From Balanoglossus misakiensis (Eukaryota > Animalia > Hemichordata), in NCBI GenBank assembly GCA_040954595.2, contig CM082576.2, positions 6,265,129 through 6,329,128 on the forward strand: DNA of 64,000 nt, read 5' to 3'. The notes below the pieces were generated by a model. It saw only the letters and a list, made by a program, of their open reading frames with translations. It did no database searches and was not told where the DNA came from. This document shows, one piece after another, positions 38,001-51,439 of the stretch. The first letter of the stretch is position 1; each line of letters begins with the position of its first letter. The translations under genes were made by a program, and so were the position numbers.

Positions 38001-41000
38001 GAAATTCGACCCGCACCCAACACGGTTTACCGACTGCATACAGACGAGAGGCGTGCGTGTCTGTTCGTCCAACTCCGGTTGGCCCATCGAGCAAATGTTT
38101 CCTACAACCAAGGAAGGAGTAGAATCTCATTAGGTAAAACAAAAGGTGTTAATTATATAGGTTAACACTAACTCTCTCGTCAAAGCGAGAAAGCAAAAAA
38201 AACTTTCCATCACGGACACGTCACAGAATAGTCTTACCTATTTCGCAGTTGACTTTCATGTTGTTGGAGTCGAAGTATTCTGCGATGCAATGACCATCCG
38301 GCTGACTCGGACATGGGTTGGGCACACACCTAGCATCGGGGTGTGCTAGACAGTTGGCCAACAAGCACGGGTCTGCAGCGCACCGAGTTGGAAGGATATT
38401 GTTGGGACATTCCATCTCTACACACGCGAGGAAAAACAATGTAAATACAAAGGTTTTCCGAGTTATACTATCCCAATATTGATATCCACATCAGGTATGG
38501 GGATAAAACATTAAACGCAAGTTATTTAAACTTTTCCTTGGACATAATTCCAAGAGGCTAGTTTATTATACTCATTAGGCCTGTATCTCGATGTAAAAAG
38601 CAAAGTTGCCGAAAACAATTTTCTTTGTCAATCTCACAGCATTCACACGAAAATCTTGGTTCCCTCCCCCAAAACGTGAAAATTAAAAGAAAATCGACTC
38701 CATATAGGCACGGTCATCTAAAGATATCTTCAAGGTGGCCCTTCCGAGCCTGCCACTTATACAATATAATTACAGAAATTATACATTACCGTAACAGTTA
38801 ACGCGGTTTCCTTGTTCATCGAAGAAGTCGGCAAAACACCCGTTGTAACCTATTCTGTCACACGCATTGATTCTGCACTGAGCTGTCGGGTGAGCCGGGC
38901 AGGCAGACAACGCACACGGATCGACCAGACAAAGCAGCGGGCTCTGTCCATTCTCACAAACTTTTAAAAGAAACAGACACATATTAAACATTTTTATATT
39001 ACCTGTTTAATTATATTTGATTTATTGAAGAGAAGGGCAATATGCGTGCGAAGAAGTTTAGCGAGACATAGCCTACCTAATTCCATTTCACAGTCCGTTC
39101 CATAAAATCCCGCAGGGCAGTTGCAGACGTGACGCACACCATTCACGTTGATGCAGTCGCCTCCATTTCGGCACGGATTATTGGCGCATGGATCTGGAGA
39201 CACACATGACAAGCGATAAGTACGTCATTTTGGGTCAATCTAACGATGCAAATTACCTATTTGTTTCTCTCAGTCAAGCAGACAACACACCAGTCATATT
39301 ATACTATCACCACGCACCTATAAGTATCTGGGATCAATGTCATCCATTATGGTATACATGTACCTGTTCATTATTGCAGAATAAATACTGATAATGTAAA
39401 TGCATGAAAAATACGCAGTTACCTTCGCAATAAAGTCTGACGCCGTTGTCGTCGAAAAACTCTGCTGAGCAACCGCCGCAAAAGTTTGGACGACAGTGTG
39501 CACGAGGATTTGTGTGGCATTTTGCCACAATACAGGGATCTACCAAACAGGTCACCGGCCTGCTTCCATCATCGCACATGTTGGAATCTGAAAAAAATAG
39601 AGTTATACCTTTGTATTCGAAAGATAATGTGGCTGCATACATATATTTACTGCTATGAACGAAAGAAAACACAATCTCTGCATCACATCATCATCAACGT
39701 GTCTATGCAATACTGTCTGGATAGATAAATACCTTTGTGTATTTCACAGTTTTTCCCGGCATACGCTTCGGTGCAGATACATCCATAAGTGATACTCATG
39801 AGGTCATAGCACATGCCACCATTCAGACAAGGATTGAGGTTGCAAGTTGGAGCTAGATGGACAAACAAAGCGCGATGTTAAGATCATCGAGCACTTTTAA
39901 CAGCATTTGCAACGCGTGACAGACTTTGTAGAACGTGCTGATAATCTAGATTCTTGACACTATATATCTACCGCCCGAACACTGTAAGACACCGAGTAAC
40001 AAGAAAGGCACCGCTCACCGACGGTCTGTTCACAGAATTGACCGGTGAACCCAGGTGGACATGTACAAACAAAATGATTTCCGATTGTTGTAGGCACCAT
40101 GCACCTTCCACCGTTCCTACACGGATTGGGATCACACTGGTTCGTCTCTGAGGAAAGATGGACACGTGGGGATATCATCGATTAAGTACAGTCATCGACA
40201 GAGACACTGCAAGAGGCAAAATTCTCTAAATGGTTTGAAAGTTATCACAAACGGTCCTCTGATATCAAAGGTGGAAACATGACATGTTGCGATGATTGTT
40301 AAACTTTCATCAATTCTAAATTACCTTCGGGTGTGATACAAATCATTCCACACGTGCTTGAAATACAACATTTCGCACTCCCATGACAATCGTGATCGTT
40401 TGTACACATCGGTGGACACTGTGCATTTGGGTCAACCATGTCATCCCATCTGTCTGGTTCTGCCATGGGTGGACACGTCCCCGGTTTGGGTGCTGTAAAC
40501 AAAACGAAAAAAATGCGCATTAAAATTTACTTTCTCGTCTTCCATTCAAACCGAATTGTCACTGGTTTCTTCGAATAGAAGGGTGTTAATAGCATTTCCA
40601 TTTATCGTGTGCCGCAAAGTCGCAGTTTTGGCCTATACATTCCAAGCCAGAATATGCATGGCACAAGTCATTGCTGCCAACTTGAAGAAATACATTATAA
40701 ATGATTGGTTTGTTTGCACAAGGTTGTTTCGCTTGGACGCAGTTATTTACTGGCCTTTAAGATGATGGTGCTATGAGACTAATTTTAAAAGAAGGACATC
40801 TTACGGGAAATAATTTCACATGTCATCCCAGTAAATCCAGGTCTGCAATGACATCCGGGTAATCCTGCTGCTGTCACCAAACAAGTTCCGCCGTTCATGC
40901 AATGGTTGTATGTACACTGGTTCCCACCTGAGTAATTAAAAACGGGAGTTTAAAAAAATCAATAATTCATCACACAAGAAACAGCCAGGTACCGGTACAA

Positions 41001-44000
41001 GAAAAATCTCGGTTGCACACGATTCTCGTGAAGTCAAAACTCCTCGTCTCAAAGCCAAAATCTAAAAAGCTGACGCAAAACGCATTTTAAAAGTGAAGGG
41101 GGTAAAACAGGTTGTTAGTTGCTGTAGAGAAAAGGTTAGACACGCCATGTAGTATTTGCGTTCACACTATTACCTGATCCGTACTGACAGTGCGAACCAT
41201 AATATCCCTGGGCACAGGTGCAGTGAGTGGATCCATCGTCCAGCACTGCACAAACACCGTTATTCTGGCATCTGTTCGGGTGGCACGGGTCTCCACCTGT
41301 GTGGGGTAGTTAATCAGATGCACGGTATACTACAGGTGGAGTGAATGTTTGCAACACACGTAAGCTATTGGCCGGACACGTTAAATAATACAGCGTGTAT
41401 ACCTGAATCATGACCTAGAGGCTAATCATTTCATTAATTAGCACCACCTGAACACTCTTAGCACCATCTACCAGGGTAGATAATCTGAGACACGGATTAA
41501 TACGAGGAAACACTGCTCACCAGTAGTCTGTTCACAGTATTGACCGGTGAAGCCGGATGGGCATGTGCAGAAAAATATATCTCCGGTTGCTGGAGACATC
41601 ATACACGTTCCACCGTTCCTACACGGGTTGGGATCACATGGGTTGCCCTCTGCGGAAAGATGGACATGTGGGCGACAGTCATCGACATGGGCAGTGCAAG
41701 AGGCAAAATTCTCTAAATGGTTTGAAAGTTATCACAAACAGTCCTGGAAACATGACATGTTGCGATAATTTTTTTTTTAAAACTTCCATCAGTTCTAAAT
41801 TACCTTCTGGTGTGATACAAATCATTCCACACGTGCTTGAAATACAACATTTCGCACTCCCATGACAATCGTGATCGTTTGTACACATCGGTGGACACTG
41901 TGCATTTGGGTCAATCGCGTCATCCCATCTGTCGGGTTCTGCCATGGGAGGACACGTCCCCGGTTTGGGTGCTGTAAACAAAAACAAAAAACACTTATTC
42001 CAATGAAACATGCACGTTTGGTACAGCGTTTGCACTAACGGCAACAATTTACGTACATGTACATGTAATTACAAAATCTAATCTTAGGTCTAGTTTCTTT
42101 TCCCATTACTGCACAACGAATGATTGTCCTACCGAGACGAGTTTCACATGATGCCCCTGTAAATCCTGGTCTGCAGTGACAGACGGACATTCCCGTTGCT
42201 GACGTCATACAGGTGCCACCATTCAGACAGTGGTTGTACATACACTGGTTCCCACCTAGTACATGGAAACAAAAACATACATTGTATTTGTGGATGCACC
42301 TCGTTCAAAATGTGTCAATCTTTGCTACGACACAACACAACACAACAATATATATTTGTACTTTGATCTATTTATGGTCAAGGTGACGAATTCTTCATCA
42401 AAGTTATGTGCACTGTCTTTATATCATCGCCATTATTAGGATGGGGACTACACTTTTGAAACTAGGTCTTTTCAGAAATTGTCGAATATGTCAACTCCAC
42501 CAAAGAAGGGCGTTATACGTGCACTAGTGCCTCGATACCATCCCTTGCTCACCTGTCGTGTCCTGGCAGTGTTGCCCCATGTATCCATCCGCGCACAGAC
42601 AGATAAACGTCATTCCAGCCATTTGTGGCAGCATACAAGTTCCGCCATTCAAACAAGGATTTGGATTACACATATCTACACCTAAAAACCCCCACAAAAA
42701 AAACAGTTTAATATTGCAATGGTATCCCGTAACATAATACCAACATGGTGGATCGTAACGGTGTACATCACGTGACAACCTTGACGGAAAATATACGTTT
42801 TGACAACAGACGTTAATTTAAAGCAAAAAAGGTAGTTAAACTCATATCTGGTACAAATTGTATCTATCCTACTGGTACTGTCGCAGATAAACATTCTGGC
42901 AGTAAATGCTCAACGGACAAGGAGTAACCTGTATAGGCCTACTGTCACCGACGGCGGTTGCTAGGGATTTTCATTTTCATATAATAATTAGACGTTTGGC
43001 TTACGAGTTTCACATCTCTCGCCGGTAAATCCAGAACTGCAGGCACAGAGGAACATTCCCGTTGTTGACGACGTGCAGGTCCCGCCGTTCACGCAGGGGT
43101 TAGGAAGACACCCTGTATGGGGATTGACAAGTGGTATTGTTAGATCATACACAGATAAGGCAGACTACAACTTGTGATTTGGCGCTTGAAACTTACCCCT
43201 GGTCTTGCAGTCTGCATTGTACTGATGCATATGACGGGTATTAAGCGATTTGAATTGTCGTATTCGTGTATATTCACCTATTACGTCTGGATGAAACTCT
43301 TTGAGAAGGCGGGAAATACATGTATTGCGCAATGTGCGAGTGTTCACCTACCAGAGAAATGTTGGCAGATCTCCCCGTAATACCCACTTGGACATTGGCA
43401 AATGTGTGAACCATCGCCCTGTGCCACGTGACATGTGGCGCCATTTAAACACGGACTGGATTGGCAGGCGTCGTCTACGAGGGGTAGGAATAAAACAATT
43501 TATTAGGATCGTGTGTTTTTTCGTGTCATATTCAGGTCAAATTCGTCAAATATTTCGGTTTCCTAAAGAAATGAATACTGATACAGGTATAGTGCCATGC
43601 AGTATTTTGTTATCATATTACACAGTTGTAGAATTTTGTGTTTTTTTGACAATTTTGGCTTATAATCTTACCTGGACGAGTTTCACACCATGCCCCTGTA
43701 AATCCCGGACTGCAGTCACAGATGTACGACCCCACAGAAGACACCATACAGGTTCCGCCATTTTGACAGGGATTGTGCGCACACTGATTTCCACCTACCA
43801 AAAGCACCAAACAACAATAGAGGTATAACATACAAGCGACACACCATGCACATTTTGTTTCTTCAAATGTTATGTTTTAGAATCGCTGCCATGGTTTGCA
43901 TACAGATCAATACATTTTATTGACTGAAACTACCACGTTTTATATCCAACCTGGCACATCTTCTCAACGGAACCGAAATTCTGTCGCACATATCTGACAT

Positions 44001-47000
44001 ACCTATCACCACTTCACAGAACTGTCCGCTGTAACCCTGGGCACAGTTACAGTAATGAGTAAGAGAATTCGGATAGGTCATGCAAGTTCCACCATTCATG
44101 CAGGGATTTGGTTGACAGACTGTAGGACAATGAACACAAAATATATTTGATTAGCTGTCTCATTTCCCGATGCCAAATACGCGTTTAGCAAACTTCGTCC
44201 ATTTTCTTTCTCGGATACGGTTGATGAAAATATTCTTACCCGGACGATGTTCACACCATGCCCCAGTAAATCCCGGGAGACACGTACAGATGTATGATCC
44301 CGTAGGTGACACCGTACAGGTTCCATTATTTTGACATGGGTTGTACATACATCGATTTCCACCTGTGAAATAAAAACGAAATAGTTATATTAATGAAACT
44401 AAAACATTTAAACCAAACCAATTTTTCAAAATATCCTGTATTCTTTCGGGCTCTTACGCAGATGAGAGTAAAAGTAGTCCAGATATTTTGTAAAGACGCA
44501 AGATACTTAATGCATAATCCGTCAGAAAACCTCCAATCGTTGCCATGGTTTTCCAGGAACAACAGATATCATTCAAGTAACCATCTTACCGATCATATCT
44601 TGGCATAATTGGCCACTGTAGCCATAGGGACAACTACAGTACACCAACGCCCCGGGAACTTGAGGAGGGAAACAAGTTCCACCATTCATACAAGGATTGG
44701 GTTCACAAGCTACAGAAAATAAATATGAAAACAAATGGTGAATTTAAAGCCTTAAAATATTATCGTCACCACTAATCACATATGTCCTAGTGGTTAAAAG
44801 GGTGTGTCTGGGCGTTCACATGACAACGGCTAGGTGCACTGCCATTTCATTTGCGCTAACACAACCAATGAGATGAGTTAGGATGCAGTCTCACCTGTAC
44901 GAGTTTCACATCGCGGCCCGGTAAATCCCGGGCGGCACGTACACGCGTACCCGTACCAGTCCGTTCCTAACATCGTACAGTTACCATTATTTTGACATGG
45001 GTTGGACATGCAGGGGTTGACACCTGTTCGATGGGAACGAAGAAAATATTATATTTATGAACGGAAATTTATGATACGATTTACATCCAAACTGACTTCT
45101 AAACGGAATTTAAATTTTGTAGCACATATCTAACATACCTATCACCACTTCACAGAACTGTCCGCTGTAACCCTGGGCACAGTTACAGTAATGAGTAAGC
45201 GAATTCGGATAGGTCATGCAAGTTCCACCATTCATGCAAGGATTTGGTTGACAGACTTTAGAAAAATGAACAGAAAATATATTTGATTAGCTCTCACGTC
45301 TTCCAATTCTATACATACGCGTTTAGCAAACCTCAACCATTTTCTTTCTCGGATACGGTTGATGAAAGTATCCTTACCCGGACGATGTTCACACCATGCC
45401 CCAGTAAATCCCGGGAGACACGTACAGATGTATGATCCTGAGGGTGACATCGCACAGGTTCCATTATTTAAACAGGGGTTGTACGTACATCGATTTCCAC
45501 CTGTGAAATAAAACGATACAGTTCTATTAATGAAACGTAAACATTTCAACTCAACTAATTACATATATTCAAAATATTCTGTATTCTTTCGGGCTCTTAC
45601 GCAGATAAGAGTAAAAGTAGTCCAGATATTTTGTAAAGACGCAAGATACTTAATGCATTATCCGTCAGAAAACCTCCAATCGTTGCCATGGTTTTCCAGG
45701 AACAACAGATATCATTCAAGTAACCATCTTACCGATCATATCTTGGCATAATTGGCCACTGTAACCATAGGGACAACTACAGAACACCACAGCTCCAGGA
45801 ACTTGAGGAGCTAAACAAGTTCCGCCATTCATACAAGGATTAGGTTCACAAGCTACAGAAAATAAATATGAAAACAAAAGGTGAATTTAAAGCCTTAAAA
45901 TATTATCGTCACCACTAATAACACATGTCCTAGCGGTTAAAAGGGCGTGTCTTGGGGTTCACATGACAACGAGGTGGTGCACTGCCAGTTCATTTGCGCC
46001 AACACAATCAAGCAGCGGATGCCATCTCACCTGTACGAGTTTCACATCGCGGCCCGACAAATCCCGACGGACACGAACAGATGTATGATCCCGTGGATGA
46101 CGTCATACAGTTTCCATTATTTTGACATGGGTTGGACATGCACGGGTTGACACCTGTTCGATGGGAACGAAGGACAAATTTACAAATCGAAACCATAAAT
46201 AACCTACTCGATCTAAAGTTTGGCTGTTTATTATAAGACATTGATCAGTTAATATTCATCCTTAGATACGGTCAGTCTCAAAACACAGGCCTACAAGTCG
46301 AAGCCCTGAGCCTGCAATAAAGTCATCGGACATTTAAACTCGGTGTTCTTCAATTCTACGCATCGTACGTAACTCAACAAACCCTGATTAATAACGCTGG
46401 GAAGCTCTAACAATGCATTACTGATTCACGATTTCCTGTCAATGATAGAGATATCAAACCTGACGCATCTTCTCAACGGAATCCAAATATCTAACATACC
46501 TATCACCACTTCACAGAACTGTCCGCTGTAACCCTGGGCACAGTTACAGTAATGAGTAAGCGAATTCGGATAGACCACGCAAATTCCACCATTCATGCAG
46601 GGATTTGGTTGACAGACTGTAGAAAAATGAACTTGATTAGCTCTCCCATCTTCCAATTCTATACATACGCGTTTAGCAAACCTCAACCATTTTCTTTCTC
46701 GGATACGGTTGATAAAAGTATTCTTACCTGGACGATTTTCACACCACGCCCCAGTAAATCCCGGGAGACACGTACAGATGTATGATCCCGTAGGTGACAC
46801 CGTACAGGTTCCATTATTTTGACAAGGGTTGTACGTACATCGATTTCCACCTGTGAAATAAAAACGGAAACATTGTAGGCTAACTAAACAAATTATTCAA
46901 AATATCCCGTATTGTTTCGGGCTCTTACGCAGATGAGAGTAAAAGTAGTCCAGATATTTTGCAAAGACGCAAGATACTTAATGCATAATCCATCAGAAAA

Positions 47001-50000
47001 CTTCAAAACGTTGCCATGGTTTTCCTACAGACAGATGCATCTTCTTGACTTTACGTAAATGATATCATTCAAGTAACTATCTTACCGATCGTGTCTTGGC
47101 ATAATTGGCCACTGTAACCATAGGGACAACTACAGTACACCAAAGCTCCAGAAACTCGAGGAAGGAAACAAGTTCCGCCATTCATACAAGGATTGGGTTC
47201 ACAAACTACAGAAAAACAACAACATTCAGGGTGAATTTGAAGGCTTAAAATAATATCGTCACCTCTAAAAAGAACATTTATTTACCTTTGTCCTCTCTCT
47301 CAAACTCCCTCAAACCTCTCCCCCATTCTCTCTTTCCCTCATATATCCCCTCTTCCCCTCCTTTCCCCGTTTCTGTGATAATTCTATCAATACTTACGAT
47401 TATCACTTTGTTCACAATGCTCTCCAACAAATCCGTGACGACAGAGACGATAGTTCGCAATTTCAGATTCCGAACTTCCTATGACGCATTCAGCTCCATT
47501 CTGACAGGGGTTGTACGGGCACTCCGAACCTATGGAAGACAAACAAATCGTTGCCTGGTTAGAAAGAAATGTTTAAGCTATTGCACTATCGAAAAGGATT
47601 TCAAGGAGATTTGCGAAGGTAAAATGGATGAACCCAACAAAATGGCGACAGAACATCCCAAAGTGAACAATGTACTAATGCCTGGTAATATACGGGTCTA
47701 AGTATCTATCTCCGTGTTGTGCACTGAAACTCATTGATGGATGTCACAAATTGTTTCATTCATGTCCGTGCATGCGTATCATATATATTTCTTTTTCGAA
47801 TGGCCGTTTCATCATAGTGCAACCGGTTTTCCTAAAAGTACTGTAGTATCAAAGGCGGCTTATTCTCACCCTCGAACACTGGTGTGACACACTGCTTGTA
47901 ACAACCGTCCGAGCAACACTTCTTTCCCATCATGCAACCGCCATCAGACTGACACATATTCATCCCATGAGTTGAGCATTGTCTATCGAATATCGGGGGA
48001 CACATTGGTGTCACTGGAAAAATAAAATTTATCCGTCGAGAAAACCATCAGGTCAGATAAGCATTTGAAATGTTTTCCTCTTATTCGACACTTCTACTTT
48101 TCAATGTGAAGACTCTGCTTTGCCGCAAGGCAGTCATATGACGTTACGGAAGAAACGTTTGAACATGTAGGGTAAATGATTGTAACAAAAGTCCAATACT
48201 TACAACATGCCATTTCCGTACATAACCACTGACCATTGGAACATGTGCTAGAAATGAGAGTAAAAGATCATCGAAAACACATTAGCTTGTCGAAACCAGA
48301 TGGTTACTTGGACTACGATTATGAATGATAGTTTCCCAATTTAAAATTTACCAACATTGTATGTGGCTATATAGTTATAATATAGCTGGCTTGGAAAAAG
48401 GCTTTGACAACAGCGATATCTTACCAAGTGTTACAATCTTCTTGTCGCCTCGCACCGTTGTCAAATACTTGACTTCCATAATGACACATTTCTGGATCTA
48501 AGGAGGTATCAGGAAAAGAGAAGACACATACTTAAACCATCGTTTAAAACATCAATCCAACGTTTTGGAACGTTACTAGCATAATCAAACCGTGAAAATT
48601 CCATATAGTCTACTCCATTTGTAGACGTCAATTTTGCCAATTTCACGTTGAGTCGTTCGAATCATTTTCTCGGCATGATCATGGAAAGTTTATACCACAA
48701 AACTGCTAAGTAAGTATCAGAATCTATATGCCCCATTCAACGTTTTACAAGACAAGACAACGGCAGACAAGACAACAAAGTTCCATATACTTACTGCACC
48801 CTACATCTGTACATCCCCAATGACCATTGAAACATGTGCTGAAAGAGGAAGTTTCACAAGTTAATATGATAAACGCTGAATAATGATCCGCGTCAAAATT
48901 ACAGATAAACTATACCTTCATAAAAGAGTCCCATCTGTTTTGGTGTTCAAACTATAGGCGAACGAATTTACTGAGAAGGCGGTTGTAGTAAAGATGGCGG
49001 AATTTAACAGCACGGTCTCCATGGTTATCAGAACCTGCAGGACTTACCAGGTATTGCAATCTTCTTGCCTAGTGCCGCCGTTTGAGTATGTTACACCACC
49101 ATGGTAGCAGTTTTCTGCGTCAGAAATAATCAAAACTCGTCATGATGACACCCCAAAATACATGTAATATCATGGCTGCATACTTTGATAAAAAAACTTT
49201 AATAGCTACGTGGCCATCGTCACGGCAGCACGTTTCTCGCAGGGAACCGACAGCAAATGTCTACTGGATCTGAGTTTGTCTGTCGCATTACAACCAACTT
49301 TTCATCTCAAACGGTGTACATGTTTCTCTCCTAGCATATGGGTCTCTGTCCGTTTCTTAGAATTCAAAATTACGTATCCCGTGATTCCTCAGTGCCGAGG
49401 CAAACGCAAGCAATTTTATCAAAATATGAATTTAACAAATGCGAAATGAGAGAGACGGTGACAACAATAATTACCTTCACGGCATGGCATCATGGAACAC
49501 AACCAGTTACCTTGGTGACACGTACTGAAACAGAACAGGTTGCACAACAGGTTGGTATTTTTAACAGAAATGAAAGTGTGAACACAACACAGACTATTAC
49601 GAAACGGTATCCATAGAAACGTAAAAATCTTACCAAGTATTGCAGTCCTGTGGCCTCGTCATGCCTTCGTTATACGATGTTCCCTCGTAGATACATGTAG
49701 CGGGATCTAATGTGAATTATTTAAAATCAACTATTAGCAACCACTTCTTGTGGGAAACACATCTTGGTAAAAAAAAAAGTGAAAGGCCATCGTAAACCTC
49801 ATTTAAGATGTTGACGTCTTCATTTTTATGAATAGTAATGTTTGTGTTTTACACAACTTGACGAATTTACACAAAAAATTAGGCTTCTGTACTTACTACA
49901 GCCGATTTCTGTACATGCCCATCCACCGTCATAACAGGTGCTGAAAGACGAATTTTCTGTATTTATAACTGTAGTTGGTATTGGAATCTGAATTGTTTTC

Positions 50001-51439
50001 AGGTCTACAAATTACTATAGAAACCGGATTTCTTCATAAGACTGGTCCTAGGCTCGTTCCTGGAATTTTCCGTAAAACGCCCAAGACAAAAATATTCGTT
50101 CATAAATGTCTTCACGAGAAAAGAAATACATGTATGCCTCACCACGTGTTGCAATCTTCCGGTCTAGTCGAACCTGTGTCGTATAGTCTGCCCTCATGCA
50201 TACAACCTCCAGGATCTGTGTTGAACGAAGTGAAAAATAACAGCTCGCCAGAGTATACAGCCATAGACGAGATGCGCAGTTCACCATTAATTAAAGTATC
50301 CTATGCTCAACACAGTTATGTTGTTGAAGCGGAACTTTCAATCAGTGATTCTGATGGCCATTGCCACCCCCCCCCCCCAACCAATCTAAATACATTCTTT
50401 AATAAAAGAAAAAACAACTTACTCGAACTAATTTCACAGTTTGTACCGAAGAATCCGGTCGGGCACTGACAAAAGTAAGTGTTGTCATATTGTCCATAGC
50501 ACTGTCCGCCATTTTGACAAGGATTGTTGGTGGCACATATTCCTAGAGCTGGGAGAGAAAACGGGTAAAGAAAGGAGACTTTAGGCAAATGGTGTGTTCA
50601 GTTATAGATGTGATCTTGTAATGGAGAATTCGAGGTCATTTCAAAGCAGTTAAGTAATGAAAGCGACCAAAAATGAATAAACTATACAATAAACAGCAAT
50701 GCAAATGTGTGTTATTCTGACATCGTGTATACTTGAAAAAATATGATTGTGATTTTTCAGAACATTGTTGATGAAGTCGTTTGCGGCGATCGTGAGTTGT
50801 GAGAGACCGATTTAACTTAAGATATGGGTATTTTTGGGTGTCGTGTTCAGTAACTGTTGCGGACCCCATCATTCGTTTGTCCGGCCACTGTCTCTCTATC
50901 ACCAACTCACCGTCGAATGGGGTCCCGCATCTGTCACCGGTGTATCCCTCGCGGCACGTACACGTGAATCCACCATCGGCATTGTCGATGCAAGTCGCTC
51001 CATAAAAACAAGGATTATCACGGCACGATCCTGTGTTTACGTGTAGAAAGATTGGTAATTTAGTAACGACCGTTTGCTTTTGTGTTTACTGCTGTTCTCG
51101 TTAAATCCTCGAGTACGAATAGAATAAATGGCAAATGAGATCGTTCAATGACCTCATTCTCACCTATAAAATCCACTTTTTATACAAAGCAATCCAAGCT
51201 TCGCATGTTTCCGTTGTCAGAAAGCAGAACGAATTGGTTAGACTGTTTGTAAGACGTGTTTTCGTTTAATTACTAGGCTTGAGCGAATTCTCTAATATCA
51301 AGTGTCCATAAAGGAAATATTTACGTAAAACATAAACAGGCGATTTTTGAAATGAAAATCAGAAAACTGCCTTACCTGGAGTCTGTGTAAATGATGGAGA
51401 CACCAGGAGTGATAGGCTGACCAATGCCAGTATCATCAT
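32018..51439 (-). CDS. Gene B: uncharacterised giant type I membrane protein (SP, ~27 EGF, 6 short vWC/pacifastin-like, 4 WAP, 5 Lustrin/WR1-like, 5 8-Cys modules, SEA-like, TM, tail)
   Basis: Signal exon 51439-51376 ([21 protein letters not shown]). EGF exons from ~51030 to ~36730 (CxxNPCxNGGTC...CxCxxGFTG..C). Split C..CNTC|xC..G.W.CT...C modules at 50216-48203 (x4) and 35268-34373 (x2). WAP at ~48013, 41971, 40491, 37217. Lustrin-like at ~38100 and 36547-35590. SEA-like 33650-32690. [27 protein letters not shown]. Tail exons 32330-32265 and 32104-32018 (...[19 protein letters not shown]). Minus-strand AATAAA at ~31220. Confidence 0.85.
35590..36585 (-). repeat. 269-bp exon+intron tandem repeat (~3.7 copies) encoding Lustrin/WR1-like Cys domains
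   Basis: CTGCAAGGAATAGAGCGATAAAATAA recurs at 35741, 36010, 36279, 36548 (period 269); near-identical [47 protein letters not shown]. Confidence 0.95.
40010..41980 (-). repeat. Duplicated WAP+EGF exon block (~40010-40500 vs ~41510-41980)
   Basis: WAP exons [18 protein letters not shown](MV/AI)[36 protein letters not shown] are nearly identical; the intervening intron (GCAAGAGGCAAAATTCTCTAAATGGTTTGAAAGTTATCACAAAC) is also shared. Confidence 0.92.
43985..47265 (-). repeat. Tandem triplication (~2.75 copies, ~1.14-1.36 kb) of a four-EGF-exon cassette
   Basis: The [35 protein letters not shown] exon occurs at ~44119, ~45256 and ~46616; neighbouring exons and introns repeat in the same order. 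Confidence 0.93.

Noticed and set aside
46617-46727. Stop-free in-frame 111-nt intron joining two EGF exons into one ORF
   Set aside because: Canonical GT-AG ends, and the sister copies of this intron are not frame-preserving, so this is probably chance after a small deletion.
32018-51439. Gene B as Notch, Delta/Jagged, Crumbs or fibropellin
   Set aside because: No LNR/ankyrin, DSL, laminin-G, CUB or avidin domains were found; the EGFs are interleaved with WAP, Lustrin-like and vWC-like modules, and the tail ends in SKV rather than ERLI.
19092-51439. Genes A and B as one giant gene
   Set aside because: Each has its own signal peptide, TM and stop codon, and a polyA signal plus promoter-like region lies between them.
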